Part shown: piece by piece, positions 48,453-58,222 of the stretch | Layout of the letters: every line of letters starts with the position of its first letter | Position numbering within the stretch: position 1 is the stretch's first letter | Source of the DNA: Candidatus Microgenomatus sp. | GTDB taxonomy: Bacteria > Patescibacteriota > Microgenomatia > UBA8517 | Direction: 5' to 3' | NCBI GenBank assembly: GCA_020724555.1 | Contig: DYGT01000006.1 | Coordinates: 1,649 to 65,648 of the forward strand | Length of the DNA stretch: 64,000 nt | The notes under the pieces: model-generated | Databases searched by the model: none | Seen by the model: the letters and a program-made list of their open reading frames with translations, nothing else | Told to the model about the DNA's origin: nothing | Position numbers and translations under genes: made by a program

Positions 48453-49769
48453 TTAACTTAAATCTATTGGGAATTTTTTACAAAGCTTTTTTACTTCACT
48501 TCGTATCTCTAATAAAAATTTGTCTTTAACGATATCAGCTTTGAATTTTTTCAAAGTTTTTCTTCTTTGCTCATCGTCTTCTGGCACTTTTTGGGTACCA
48601 ACCCGTTCAACCACGTCGCTCACCCACTTTGCAATCTGTTTCATTTCCCTCTCTTTCATTCCCCGGACAGTTATAGCAGGAGTTCCGAGCCGTAATCCTG
48701 AAGGATAATAAGGTGAACCTGTATCATTAGGAATTGTATTGCGATTAGTAACAATTCCGGCAACCTCCAATGCCCAAGCAACATGCCAACCGGTTGTTCT
48801 TTTATTTCGCAAATCTACCAAAACCAAATGCTTATCAGTACCCCCGCTTATGACCTTAAAACCATATTTCTGTAATTCAGCCGATAGTGTTTTAGCATTC
48901 TTAATCACCTGTTTTGCATATTTTTCAAATCCCGCCGTTTGTGACTTTTCCAAAGCTATCGCTATTCCAGCAATACTGTGCAGATGCGGACCGCCTTGAA
49001 ATCCGGGAAAAATCGAGGCGTCTATAAGTGGCATAAGTTTACTTCTTGCAAAAATTAATGCTGCACGCGGGCCGCGTAAAGTCTTATGGGTTGTCATCAT
49101 CACTACATCGGAATAAGCAAACGGAGATTTATTTACCCCCCCGGCAATAAGTCCTGCCTCATGGCTCACATCAGCTAAATAATATGCACCAACTTCTTTT
49201 GCAATTCTCCCCATTTCAAAATGTTTAATCTCCCGGGGATATGCAGTGCCTCCGGAAATCAGTAATTTAGGTCTAAATTTCTTAGCCTCCTTTTCGATCT
49301 CAGCGTAATTTAACACACCTGTCTTAGGATCAACGTGATAAAAACTAACCTTATATGTTTTTGCCGAACTGGTTATTTTTTTACCCCCGTACTCCCAACC
49401 ATGGCTAAGGTGTCCCCCGTCAGATAAATACATTGACAATATCCTATCTCCGGGTTCCAATAATGCGTTATAAATAGCCAAATTAGCAGGCGTCCCACTA
49501 TAAGCTTGCACATTAACTCCCCACTTTTTAGGATTCAATTTAAAGGCCTTTAGAGCTTGATCCTCGCAATATTGCTCAATCCGATCAACTATTCCCATTC
49601 CCTGGTAGTAACGCTTATTGGGTTGCCCCTCAGCATATTTATGCATTAATACCGACCCAACAGCAGCTCTGACCTCAGGATAGGTATAATTTTCAGAAGG
49701 TATCATCATAAGTGTTTCCGCTTGCCGTTTTTCTTCTTGGGCAATTAAAGACTTGAGGTTTTGATTCAT
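48453..49769 (-). CDS. glyA: Serine hydroxymethyltransferase (canonical)
   Basis: PSENY, KYAEG..RYY, GGHLSHG, TTHKTLRGPR, PGFQGGP. Confidence 0.97.
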   Translation of the reverse strand: MNQNLKSLIAQEEKRQAETLMMIPSENYTYPEVRAAVGSVLMHKYAEGQPNKRYYQGMGIVDRIEQYCEDQALKAFKLNPKKWGVNVQAYSGTPANLAIYNALLEPGDRILSMYLSDGGHLSHGWEYGGKKITSSAKTYKVSFYHVDPKTGVLNYAEIEKEAKKFRPKLLISGGTAYPREIKHFEMGRIAKEVGAYYLADVSHEAGLIAGGVNKSPFAYSDVVMMTTHKTLRGPRAALIFARSKLMPLIDASIFPGFQGGPHLHSIAGIAIALEKSQTAGFEKYAKQVIKNAKTLSAELQKYGFKVISGGTDKHLVLVDLRNKRTTGWHVAWALEVAGIVTNRNTIPNDTGSPYYPSGLRLGTPAITVRGMKEREMKQIAKWVSDVVERVGTQKVPEDDEQRRKTLKKFKADIVKDKFLLEIRSEVKKLCKKFPIDLS

Positions 49770-49832
49770 GAAAGAATTCTAGCACAAAAAAGGCAATTGA
49801 CCACTTAGATAACAGGATGTAGTATCAAATAA

Positions 49833-50132
49833 ATGAAAGGGCTCCAAAAAGAGGAATTTTCAAAATTATTTTCAGAAACCTTTAAAGAGGTTGTACTACC
49901 AAGCCTGGATAGTATTCAGGAAGATGTTAATGGACTCAAGCAAGATGTTAATGGACTCAAGCAAGATGTTAATGGACTCAAGCAAGATATGGAGGTAGTT
50001 AAAAAAGTATTGTTTAAAGTCGAAGAAAAAATAGATAAACACGATGATCACCTTGAAAGACATGATGTTGAACTCGATAATCACAGAAAAAGATTGACTA
50101 AGTTAGAAAATAGATTGGGAGTGCCTTCTTAA
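49833..50132 (+). CDS. Coiled-coil protein with heptad repeats
   Basis: DVNGLKQ x3. Confidence 0.75.
   Translation: MKGLQKEEFSKLFSETFKEVVLPSLDSIQEDVNGLKQDVNGLKQDVNGLKQDMEVVKKVLFKVEEKIDKHDDHLERHDVELDNHRKRLTKLENRLGVPS
49921..49988 (+). repeat. Perfect 21-bp tandem repeat (three copies plus a partial)
   Basis: AAGATGTTAATGGACTCAAGC x3. Confidence 0.95.
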
Positions 50133-50181
50133 GTTGGTTTGCCGGGGACTATGTGTACAACAGGAAATTACAGTGAGCCTT

Positions 50182-50540
50182 TCAACCATTTCTTACCTTC
50201 TCTCCTGGAACATGAAGATAAAGATCTTCCCTTGGTAAACCAAATACCCCATATTCCATCTCTTCCATAAACTTTAGAAAGTCCTCTTTATATCTCAGGT
50301 GTAACTCGCCCACCATTGTAGCAGCGAGGTTTGGGTCAACTCTGTCAAGGTTGCCAAAATCAACTTTCAAGAATCGTCCAACCATAGCTCCAAAAAAGGA
50401 TTCTTCATATTGAGGAAAATCAAAAGTACATACTTGTAGACCAGTTTCCTCCGTGATTCTTGAAGTAAGCAATGCAAGCTGGGTTTTTTGCCGCTTCGGG
50501 CAGTACCCTCAAGAACTATAAACCGACCTCTTTTTGCCAT
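50182..50540 (-). pseudogene. tmk: Thymidylate kinase remnant
   Basis: MAKRGRFIVLEGTARSGK / frameshift / TQLALL...DFPQYE.SFFG.MV..FL; internal deletion and truncation. Confidence 0.8.
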
Positions 50541-50543
50541 AAA

Positions 50544-52175
50544 TTAAACTAGCCTGCCCTTTCCATATTCATCAAGTTGCCATTTCCAAACAGGCTGGCC
50601 GCACCAACGAACGCCTTCCGGGCACTTTCCTGTGCCAGCCCAAAAAGCCGATGCACAAGGCGCCACAAGTAAATGTTCCGCTTCGGGCAGTAATTTCAAA
50701 ATTTCCTGCGCCTGAGCTATTGATATAAAACCGATTTCTTCTTGGGCCAAGATACAAAGCCGTTGCTTTAAGCGGTGCGCCCAATCGAATAAACTACCAC
50801 TTTCCACAACGCGAATGGCATGGGCATTTGGCAAAAGCGTTAAAGCGGCTTCTTTAGGTACCCCTGTCTCGATAAGTCTTTCAACATTTGTATAAATTTT
50901 TTGCATAATTAAATCATATCTTTCTTTCAATTCGTCATTTTCGCGAATTATCATGGGAGTGATATAGTCAGGCCGCCCGCTATAAGAAGCTTCAATAAAA
51001 GGTGTAGCCCCAGGAGTCATCCTGTGCCTTTGTCTTTGTGAATCTGCCGTATGAGAAAGTTTAGTGGCAAATGTAAGATGGGCCATAAATAAAGATTGTG
51101 TGATTGGGTCCAGCATGCCTGTTTCAAATGTATCTGACAAAACCGTATTTTTTTGTGGGTCTAAAAGTAGTGTCAGAGCCTCTTCATCACTCATCTCACT
51201 TTTAGATTTTTTCAAGACATTTTTTACACTTATAGCTAAAATTTCCGACAAATTACCGGGTGCGTTCAATAAAACACTGTCCCTTCCATCTAAAAATGCA
51301 TCAAATTCTTCGTTCGCACCCAAGACCTGTTGTGTGGTAAAATTTTGTGGCCGTTCAGGTAATACATCCGGCAATTCTTTTAAAAAATTCCCATCGTGTT
51401 TAACAATTTCCTCAACCATTCTGGCTATTACAAAACGTGCTTCATCAGAAAAATTATCCTGTCTGCTCGCACGAAACAGCCTAAGAAGCTGAATTTCGCT
51501 TAAGGTATAAAACATCGTCGTCTTTTGAGCAATTGGCAAAACGTATCTGGCAACCTCCAAACCTACTTTATCTATTTTTGTTTGCAATCTTTCCACTGTC
51601 TTGGGGACTTTCCAACCGGCCGGCGGGTACATCTGTCTTACCCTTCTTTCCACCTCCGGAGGAAGTAGTTCTATTAATTCAAAATATGCATCGTTGGCAA
51701 AATCAGCAGCTTCCAAAAACATTTGCCTTTGCTCTGCTGTTAAATCACCAGGAATTAGGTAAGCCCCTCTTTTCACTTCAGCATAACGTTGGCTTTGCTG
51801 TTCTGCATTGTAAAATCGGACAGCATTAAAAATCTCATGAGTAGCACTCCTGGATAGCCCTTCTAAGTGCCAGGTCATGTAATAATGCATCCTGGTCGTA
51901 TGGTGCCCAGCTTCCAAAGTGCTGTCTGCTACACTGTCTGCTTTTCCACCTTTCCTTTCTGCCATCCGTGTAATACCGGGGTTGTAGCACTGATAGGCAG
52001 TAGACACTGCTACATCGCGCGGACCTAGAGTGGACTCTCCAGTCGGGCTTCCCGACTCAAGGCTTAAAACAACTTGTGGAGGATTTTCCCATTTATTTGC
52101 TAAAGCTAAACATTCTTGTAAATATTCTTGGACGGTTTCTTTATGAGGTTTTTCCCCCTGTCTCTCTCTTTCCAT
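50544..52175 (-). CDS. thyX: FAD-dependent thymidylate synthase, tandem-domain type
   Basis: GHHTT, QQSQRY, SQRQRHR, RLC..AQEEI, CPEG.R.CG. Confidence 0.85.
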   Translation of the reverse strand: MERERQGEKPHKETVQEYLQECLALANKWENPPQVVLSLESGSPTGESTLGPRDVAVSTAYQCYNPGITRMAERKGGKADSVADSTLEAGHHTTRMHYYMTWHLEGLSRSATHEIFNAVRFYNAEQQSQRYAEVKRGAYLIPGDLTAEQRQMFLEAADFANDAYFELIELLPPEVERRVRQMYPPAGWKVPKTVERLQTKIDKVGLEVARYVLPIAQKTTMFYTLSEIQLLRLFRASRQDNFSDEARFVIARMVEEIVKHDGNFLKELPDVLPERPQNFTTQQVLGANEEFDAFLDGRDSVLLNAPGNLSEILAISVKNVLKKSKSEMSDEEALTLLLDPQKNTVLSDTFETGMLDPITQSLFMAHLTFATKLSHTADSQRQRHRMTPGATPFIEASYSGRPDYITPMIIRENDELKERYDLIMQKIYTNVERLIETGVPKEAALTLLPNAHAIRVVESGSLFDWAHRLKQRLCILAQEEIGFISIAQAQEILKLLPEAEHLLVAPCASAFWAGTGKCPEGVRWCGQPVWKWQLDEYGKGRLV

Positions 52176-52244
52176 TTTTTAACTATCTTTTTATATCCTG
52201 TAATTTTTAAATTTACAAGAAGAATTTTATGTATAATTAATTAA

Positions 52245-52748
52245 ATGAACAAAAACAAAAAAAGCGGGAAGTATGAACGTCCTAGTTGGGATGATTATTT
52301 CTTGGAAATCATGGAAGTTGTTGGCCGCCGTTCCACCTGCGATCGCGGACGTACAAGCTGTATAATTGCCCGTGATAAGCAAATCCTTTGTACAGGTTAT
52401 GCAGGTGCACCGTCAGGTCTCCCTCACTGTGATGACGTTGGACACCAACTCGAAACTATAACTCATGAAGATGGCACACAAACAACCCATTGTATGCGTA
52501 CAGTCCACGCTGAACAAAATGCCATTTGCCAAGCAGCCAAAACCGGCGTCTCTATAAAAGACGCAACCGTTTATGTAAAAATGACTCCCTGCAGAACTTG
52601 TGCCATGATGTTAATTAATTGCGGAGTAAAACGGGTTTATTGTGAGAAAAAATACCATGCCGGAGAAGAAAGTGAAAAAATGTTCAAAAAAGCCGGAATA
52701 AAACTAGAATATAAATATAAAACTATAGAAAGATATAAAAATCAGTAA
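52245..52748 (+). CDS. dCMP deaminase (ComEB family)
   Basis: RPSWDDYF, RSTC, HAEQNA, PCRTC. Confidence 0.93.
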   Translation: MNKNKKSGKYERPSWDDYFLEIMEVVGRRSTCDRGRTSCIIARDKQILCTGYAGAPSGLPHCDDVGHQLETITHEDGTQTTHCMRTVHAEQNAICQAAKTGVSIKDATVYVKMTPCRTCAMMLINCGVKRVYCEKKYHAGEESEKMFKKAGIKLEYKYKTIERYKNQ

Positions 52749-52749
52749 A

Positions 52750-53079
52750 TCATCTATTATCTCCACTTCCGCCAAGCTTGTTTCTTTTCATTCTCGACTG
52801 CAGTTTTTCCAAATTTTTTTCAGCAACATGAGATAAGTTTAATTTTAACTCCGTAGAAAGCTGAGCAATATACCATAAAATATCTCCCAACTCTTTCTCA
52901 ATTTCGTTTCTTTTTTCAGGAGTTATCTCACCATTATCATCACGAATTACTTTTTTTATTTTTTCCGCTACTTCTCCAGCCTCACCTGCCAATCCCAAAG
53001 TTGGATAAATATAATTAGCTCCAATATTTGGATAAACTGCAGTTTTTTTAGCTAACTTTTGATATTTATCAAAATCCAT
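52750..53079 (-). CDS. MazG-like nucleotide pyrophosphohydrolase
   Basis: LGLAGEAGEVAEKIKK, ELGDILWY, GSGDNR. Confidence 0.92.
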   Translation of the reverse strand: MDFDKYQKLAKKTAVYPNIGANYIYPTLGLAGEAGEVAEKIKKVIRDDNGEITPEKRNEIEKELGDILWYIAQLSTELKLNLSHVAEKNLEKLQSRMKRNKLGGSGDNR

Positions 53080-53119
53080 ATAATTATTTTACAAACAACT
53101 TTTCTCTGTAATACTTAGC

Positions 53120-53230
53120 TCAAAGATCAAACCCTGCTCCTTCGGGATTTGTTAATTCTCGCTCCGCCAAATTTTCAACCAACCTGTGTTTTTTTACCAA
53201 CGTTAAAAGAGTATTTGGATCAATAACCAT
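53120..53230 (-). pseudogene. N-terminal remnant of a dCTP deaminase/dUTPase-family gene
   Basis: MVIDPNTLLTLVKKHRLVENLAERELTNPEGAGFDL* ends at the conserved DL(R) motif. Confidence 0.6.
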
Positions 53231-53279
53231 CCATTATTTGTAACAAACCCCAGGGAAAATTGCAATTAAAAATGCGGAG

Positions 53280-53328
53280 CCGGTGAAGAGACGATATTTT
53301 TATATTTTGTTTTTCGCCTCTTCACCGG
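53280..53328. terminator. Inverted repeat / terminator-like hairpin
   Basis: CCGGTGAAGAGACGA ... TCGCCTCTTCACCGG. Confidence 0.55.
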
Positions 53329-53347
53329 TTTGCCTTGCCCATACTAC

Positions 53348-53482
53348 TTATTTCTGATTTGGTTTCTGCTCTTCGCCCTTTTCTTCGCGGTAGACACGCA
53401 GGCCTATCTCGATGTCACCATCACGACGTCGACGCTTTCGACCCTGCCGGAACTTGTTATCCGCTGGGCGTGGTGTATTCAT
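53348..53482 (-). CDS. 44-aa basic small protein (not in ORF track)
   Basis: GGAGG SD, then MNTPRPADNKFRQGRKRRRRDGDIEIGLRVYREEKGEEQKPNQK*; hairpin downstream. Confidence 0.55.
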   Translation of the reverse strand: MNTPRPADNKFRQGRKRRRRDGDIEIGLRVYREEKGEEQKPNQK

Positions 53483-53568
53483 AAAAAACCTCCAAATGTA
53501 AACAGGGCAAAAGTAAAAGTATTATAACGCTTTTGAGCTAAATTCGCAAAAAAGACTTGTAAAGTATT

Positions 53569-55539
53569 TTAGGAGGAGGAAGAAGGTTTTGTATTTTGCC
53601 TTGGTTCTTTCCAAGAGGCAAATTTACAATCAGGATAACGCGAACAGCCAAAAAATTTCCTGCCTTTTTTAGTTTTCTTGACAATTACATCACCTTTACC
53701 GCATTCCGGGCATTTCATGCCGGTTTTGTCTAAATATTTGTCTGTATAATCACAATCCGGGAAGCGGCTGCAGGAAACAAATTTACCAAAACGCCCAACT
53801 CTAATCACAAGTTCGCCCTCTTTGCACTTTGGGCATTTTTTTCCAAGTTTCTCGGTTTCAATTTTTACCCGCTCGGCCTTTTCCTGGACATTTCCCAGCT
53901 TCCCCTCCAACGGATTCCAAAAATCCCCTATCACTTTTTTCCACTGTTTTTCTCCTTCGGCAATCTCGTCCAGCTCCCGCTCCATATCTGCCGTAAAAGA
54001 ATAGTCAAACACGTCAGGAAAATTTTGAAGCAAAAAATCATTTACCGTTTTTCCGATAATTGTTGGGGTAAAACGGCCTTCTTCTTTTTCTACATAATTT
54101 CTTTCCTGGATCGTAGATATAATGGGCGCGTAAGTACTTGGCCTCCCAATACCCAATTTCTCCAAAGTTTTAATCAGGCTTGCTTCGTTATACCTAGCAG
54201 GTGGCTGGGTAAACTTTTGCTCGGCATTAACTTTAACCAAATCCAGGGGATCGTCTTTTTGGACCTCTGGCAACCTTGGGTTATCTTCATAGACATTTTC
54301 CATAATCCGCCGCCACCCGTCAAATTTCATAATCTGCCCTGTTGCACGAAGGTCATACTCTTTGTTACCCGTGGCCACGACGTCTATTTTTGTCTGATCA
54401 TAAACGGCGTCGCTCATCTGACAAGCCATAAACCTTTTCCAAATAAGATCGTAAAGTTTTCTGGCGTCTGAGGCGAAACTGCCTTTCATTGGCCAACTGT
54501 CAACCGCATCCCGGCTTGGATTTGTCGGCCGGATGGCTTCGTGGGCTTCCTGGGCACCTTTACTTTTGGTTTTGTAAAAAAGCGGTTTTTCCGGCAAATA
54601 TTTATCGCCGAAATTTTTTTCAATATAACCTCTTCCGGCAGCCACGGCAGACTGGGATAAATTAAAGGAATCTGTCCTATGGTAAGTGATCAAACCCTCT
54701 TCATAAAGCCTTTGAGCTATACTCATGGTTTTCTTGCTGGACCAACCCATAAGGTTTGAGGCAGCTTGAGTCAGGGTGGACGTGGTATAAGGCGGATATG
54801 GCCTTTTTCTAACTTCTTTACGCTCAACATTAAACACTTTATATTTGGATTTATTAAGGTCCCTCACTAGTAGATCGGCCGCTTTTTTGTCGCTGATTTT
54901 AACCGGTTTTCCTCCAACTTTTTTTAGCTCAACCGAAAATACTTCACCTTTGGCGGTTTTGACATCAACCTTTATCTCCCAATATTCCTCGGCTTTAAAG
55001 GCTTCTCGTTCCCGCTCACGCTCAACAATTAAGCGCACAGCCACGGTTTGTACTCTTCCGGCAGACAAGCCACGGCGTACTTTGCGCCACAAAAGCGGAG
55101 ACAATTTATAACCGACCAAACGGTCCAAAACTCGTCTTGCCACCTGGGCATCAACCAAACAATTATCAATTTTTCGAGGATTTTGCATTGCCTCTTCCAC
55201 AGCCTCTTTGGTAATTTCATGAAAGACTATGCGCACTACTTTCTTATGATCAAGCTCCTCCATTACATGCTTGGCAATTGCTTCGCCTTCGCGGTCCGGG
55301 TCTGATGCTAAAAATATTGTATCTGCCCTTTTGGCTTCTTTTTGCAATTTTTTGACAGTATCGTTTTTTTTATGTACACGAACATAGTCCGGCTCAAAAC
55401 CGTTTTCGATATCCACGCCAAGCTTACTTTTGGGCAAATCTTTAATATGGCCCATAGTAGCTTCGACTTTGAAATCTTTACCCAGAAAACGCCCCAAAGT
55501 TTTTGCTTTAGTTGGTGATTCGACGATTATTAAATTCAT
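53569..55539 (-). CDS. topA: DNA topoisomerase I
   Basis: IVESPTK, DPDREGE, SAGRVQ, ITYHRTD, AHEAIRP, C-terminal zinc ribbons. Confidence 0.97.
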   Translation of the reverse strand: MNLIIVESPTKAKTLGRFLGKDFKVEATMGHIKDLPKSKLGVDIENGFEPDYVRVHKKNDTVKKLQKEAKRADTIFLASDPDREGEAIAKHVMEELDHKKVVRIVFHEITKEAVEEAMQNPRKIDNCLVDAQVARRVLDRLVGYKLSPLLWRKVRRGLSAGRVQTVAVRLIVEREREREAFKAEEYWEIKVDVKTAKGEVFSVELKKVGGKPVKISDKKAADLLVRDLNKSKYKVFNVERKEVRKRPYPPYTTSTLTQAASNLMGWSSKKTMSIAQRLYEEGLITYHRTDSFNLSQSAVAAGRGYIEKNFGDKYLPEKPLFYKTKSKGAQEAHEAIRPTNPSRDAVDSWPMKGSFASDARKLYDLIWKRFMACQMSDAVYDQTKIDVVATGNKEYDLRATGQIMKFDGWRRIMENVYEDNPRLPEVQKDDPLDLVKVNAEQKFTQPPARYNEASLIKTLEKLGIGRPSTYAPIISTIQERNYVEKEEGRFTPTIIGKTVNDFLLQNFPDVFDYSFTADMERELDEIAEGEKQWKKVIGDFWNPLEGKLGNVQEKAERVKIETEKLGKKCPKCKEGELVIRVGRFGKFVSCSRFPDCDYTDKYLDKTGMKCPECGKGDVIVKKTKKGRKFFGCSRYPDCKFASWKEPRQNTKPSSSS

Positions 55540-55542
55540 ATC

Positions 55543-56202
55543 TTAAATATTTATGACAGTACTTAGGTACTCTAAAACATCCTCGGCACTATTTGCAACT
55601 TGCGCTCCATTTTTCACTAACCAGTTTGATGCCTGGGCCATAGGTGCGTTGGTGACACCTGAAACAGCAAACACCTCACGGCCTTCATTTGCGGCATGGG
55701 CAGCGGTTGAAAGTGTACCACTTTTTCTCAGCCCTTCAATGACAACCACAGCCAAAGAAAGCCCGGCTATAATCCTGTTTCTTGCCAAAAAATTTTTCGG
55801 GAGAGGCTTTGTCCCCATCTCAAACGGACTCACCACCGCACCATTTTCAATTATTTGATAGTATAAATTTTTATTTTCAGGTGGATATATCACATCCAAT
55901 CCGGAACCTAAAACAGCAATTGTCCTACCTCCGTTTTTTAATGCTTGCCAATGTGCCTCTGTGTCCACACCTCGCGCCATCCCGGAAACAATTGTTACCT
56001 TTTCTTTAACCAAAGCTTGGACAAATTGCTTGGTTTTGGCTTTTCCAAAAGCTGTCATATTGCGGCTTCCGACAACGGCTACCGCTAAAGCATCTCTTGG
56101 CTCAATTGTCCCTTTTATAAAAATATGTTGCGGCGGACTGCTAATTGTTTTTAAAAGTGAGGGATACTGCTTATCACCTAAGGTAAGTTTTTTAATTTCC
56201 AT
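55543..56202 (-). CDS. dprA: DNA-processing protein DprA
   Basis: AVVGSR, VSGMARGVD, RNRIIAGLS, SGTL.TA. Confidence 0.95.
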   Translation of the reverse strand: MEIKKLTLGDKQYPSLLKTISSPPQHIFIKGTIEPRDALAVAVVGSRNMTAFGKAKTKQFVQALVKEKVTIVSGMARGVDTEAHWQALKNGGRTIAVLGSGLDVIYPPENKNLYYQIIENGAVVSPFEMGTKPLPKNFLARNRIIAGLSLAVVVIEGLRKSGTLSTAAHAANEGREVFAVSGVTNAPMAQASNWLVKNGAQVANSAEDVLEYLSTVINI

Positions 56203-57814
56203 TGGCGGTAAAATTCCTATTATGAAACCACCAGTCAAATATTTCTCGCGCTATCGGAGCTGCTACCTCAGAACCTTCACCACCGTTTTCCACCAACACG
56301 GTCACAATTATTTCCGGCTCTTCTACTGGCGCATAAACCGTAAACCACGCGTGCGTTTTATCTTCATCAGGGGTTTCTGCTGTACCCGTTTTACAGGCCG
56401 CCTGGGGAGAAAAATCAAAAAAAGGATAAGCAGTTCCCCCCAGGCTACAGGCACCCACCATCCCTTCTCGAATTTCAAAAAAAGTTTCGGCTTTAACTCC
56501 CAAATCCGAACATTCAGCTTGTCCGGCCAAATGTGGTTTACAAAATTTTCCTCCATTAGCAAGCGCCACTGTCATAGCATTTACCTGAAGAGCGGTGACT
56601 TCCAAATCTCCCTGGCCGATTGACAGATGGTAGGTATTCCCCAAAAACCAACGCTCACCTTTGACGGCTTTTTTCCACTGTGGCGATGGCACTAAACCAT
56701 CAATCTCTCCGGGTAAATCAATCCCTGTTTTTTTGCCAAAACCATAAATGCCAGCCCATTTGGCAATGTTTTCAGGCCCTGTTAATTCTCCTACTTTATA
56801 AAAAAAAGTATCAGTTGAGCGGGCAAGAGCGCGTGGCAGTTTTATCATACCCTCAGTCTTTCCGTATTGCGTAAAATACCAATTGGCATATGAGTAATCA
56901 TTAACGACTATCGCTCCGGGGTCATTATATTCATAGTCTGGTCCAATCGCACCTTCTTCTAAAGCAGCTGTTGCCGTTACCATTTTAAAAACCGAGCCTG
57001 GATGATACGCTCCTCCCAAAGCGCGGTTAAACATCGGTAGACTTTTATTGTTGAAATATTCATCTATTTTATCTGTATTTTTTAAAATAAAATCGTTCGG
57101 GTCAAATGATGGGGATGAATACAGTGCCAAAATTTCTCCCTTAGGATTAGATACAATAATTGATCCTTCCATGCCACTCAGACGATTGGCAATAATTTTC
57201 TGCAGGCGGTAATCGATTGTGGTTTTTAAATCTTCTCCCGGTACTGGTTGCTTTCTGCCAATAGTGCGGGCTTTATTTCCAAAGGTATCTACCTCTACCA
57301 GCTCTTCACCATCAATCCCCCGAAGCAAACATTCATAATAAGCTTCCAGTCCGCCTCTTCCCACCATAGTACCCAAACTTATTACTCCTTTATTTTGGCA
57401 TTCACCGTCCACGCGAAACACCTCTTCTTCGTTGGCCTCTCCCAGATAACCACTGACATGCGCAAAGGCAGAACCCAAAGGGTACAATCTTTGCCACTCA
57501 TTAATGGTATCTTCTGATATTTCACCGTTGTATTCTTTTTTTATAATCCCTTGCTCTTGATCAAAAATAATTTGCTTTATAATCTCTTCATTATCCACCA
57601 GAACCTCTCCGCCACGCGCTAAAATTTTACCCCGAGGTGCGTTGATAGTTATTCGCCTTACCCTATTGTTTTCTGCAAGAGAACGATAATAACCGCCTTT
57701 TATGATTTGCAGTTCGGCCAGTCTTCCCACAAGGATTAGCATTCCCAATAACAAAATTCCACGAAAAAACCAGAGCAACCAGCTTTGAACTTTTTGGGAA
57801 TTTAAGGTTTGCAT
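56192..57814 (-). CDS. mrdA: Penicillin-binding protein 2
   Basis: APRG.I, PGSVFK (SxxK), STD, KTGTAE. Confidence 0.92.
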   Translation of the reverse strand: MQTLNSQKVQSWLLWFFRGILLLGMLILVGRLAELQIIKGGYYRSLAENNRVRRITINAPRGKILARGGEVLVDNEEIIKQIIFDQEQGIIKKEYNGEISEDTINEWQRLYPLGSAFAHVSGYLGEANEEEVFRVDGECQNKGVISLGTMVGRGGLEAYYECLLRGIDGEELVEVDTFGNKARTIGRKQPVPGEDLKTTIDYRLQKIIANRLSGMEGSIIVSNPKGEILALYSSPSFDPNDFILKNTDKIDEYFNNKSLPMFNRALGGAYHPGSVFKMVTATAALEEGAIGPDYEYNDPGAIVVNDYSYANWYFTQYGKTEGMIKLPRALARSTDTFFYKVGELTGPENIAKWAGIYGFGKKTGIDLPGEIDGLVPSPQWKKAVKGERWFLGNTYHLSIGQGDLEVTALQVNAMTVALANGGKFCKPHLAGQAECSDLGVKAETFFEIREGMVGACSLGGTAYPFFDFSPQAACKTGTAETPDEDKTHAWFTVYAPVEEPEIIVTVLVENGGEGSEVAAPIAREIFDWWFHNRNFTANGN

Positions 57815-57907
57815 CTTATCAAAACACAGTTTCACCTATTTAATCTAAAATATCAAGGTCGATAAAAAAGCCTGCTTTAGGTTTGTCGCCCAAAACAGGC
57901 TTACGCG

Positions 57908-58096
57908 TCATTCTATTAGTACCTGAGCCGTGGCCGTTTGTGTCGCGCTTCGGTTTTCTAAAATCCTTTGGTCCTCATGGTAGAGGGCCGACATTATCCA
58001 TATAACCAAAACTACAAATATTGCCACGAAAAACCAGATTATTATTTGCAAAACTCTTGGGATGTCATAGATGTTTGTATCTTCTCCACGATCCAT
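57908..58096 (-). CDS. Small single-TM hypothetical protein
   Basis: AAGGGG SD-like sequence; TM helix; terminator-like hairpin at ~57869-57902. Confidence 0.6.
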   Translation of the reverse strand: MDRGEDTNIYDIPRVLQIIIWFFVAIFVVLVIWIMSALYHEDQRILENRSATQTATAQVLIE

Positions 58097-58222
58097 GGCT
58101 TTTACCCCTTTGTTGTTATTAACGAACGGTTTTTTGCGAAAAAAAGTATAGACGCGCCTTATGAAGATTGATTAAACTGAAGCAAACGATTTGCTCCACA
58201 ATAATAAATTGTAACACAAAAT

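Noticed and set aside
49921-49988. Repeat as a possible CRISPR array
   Set aside because: No spacers, in-frame coding repeat, and no cas genes in the window.
44058-56623. Long plus-strand ORFs such as 44058-44756, 46495-47070 and 55961-56623
   Set aside because: Antisense to well-supported housekeeping genes and without recognisable motifs.
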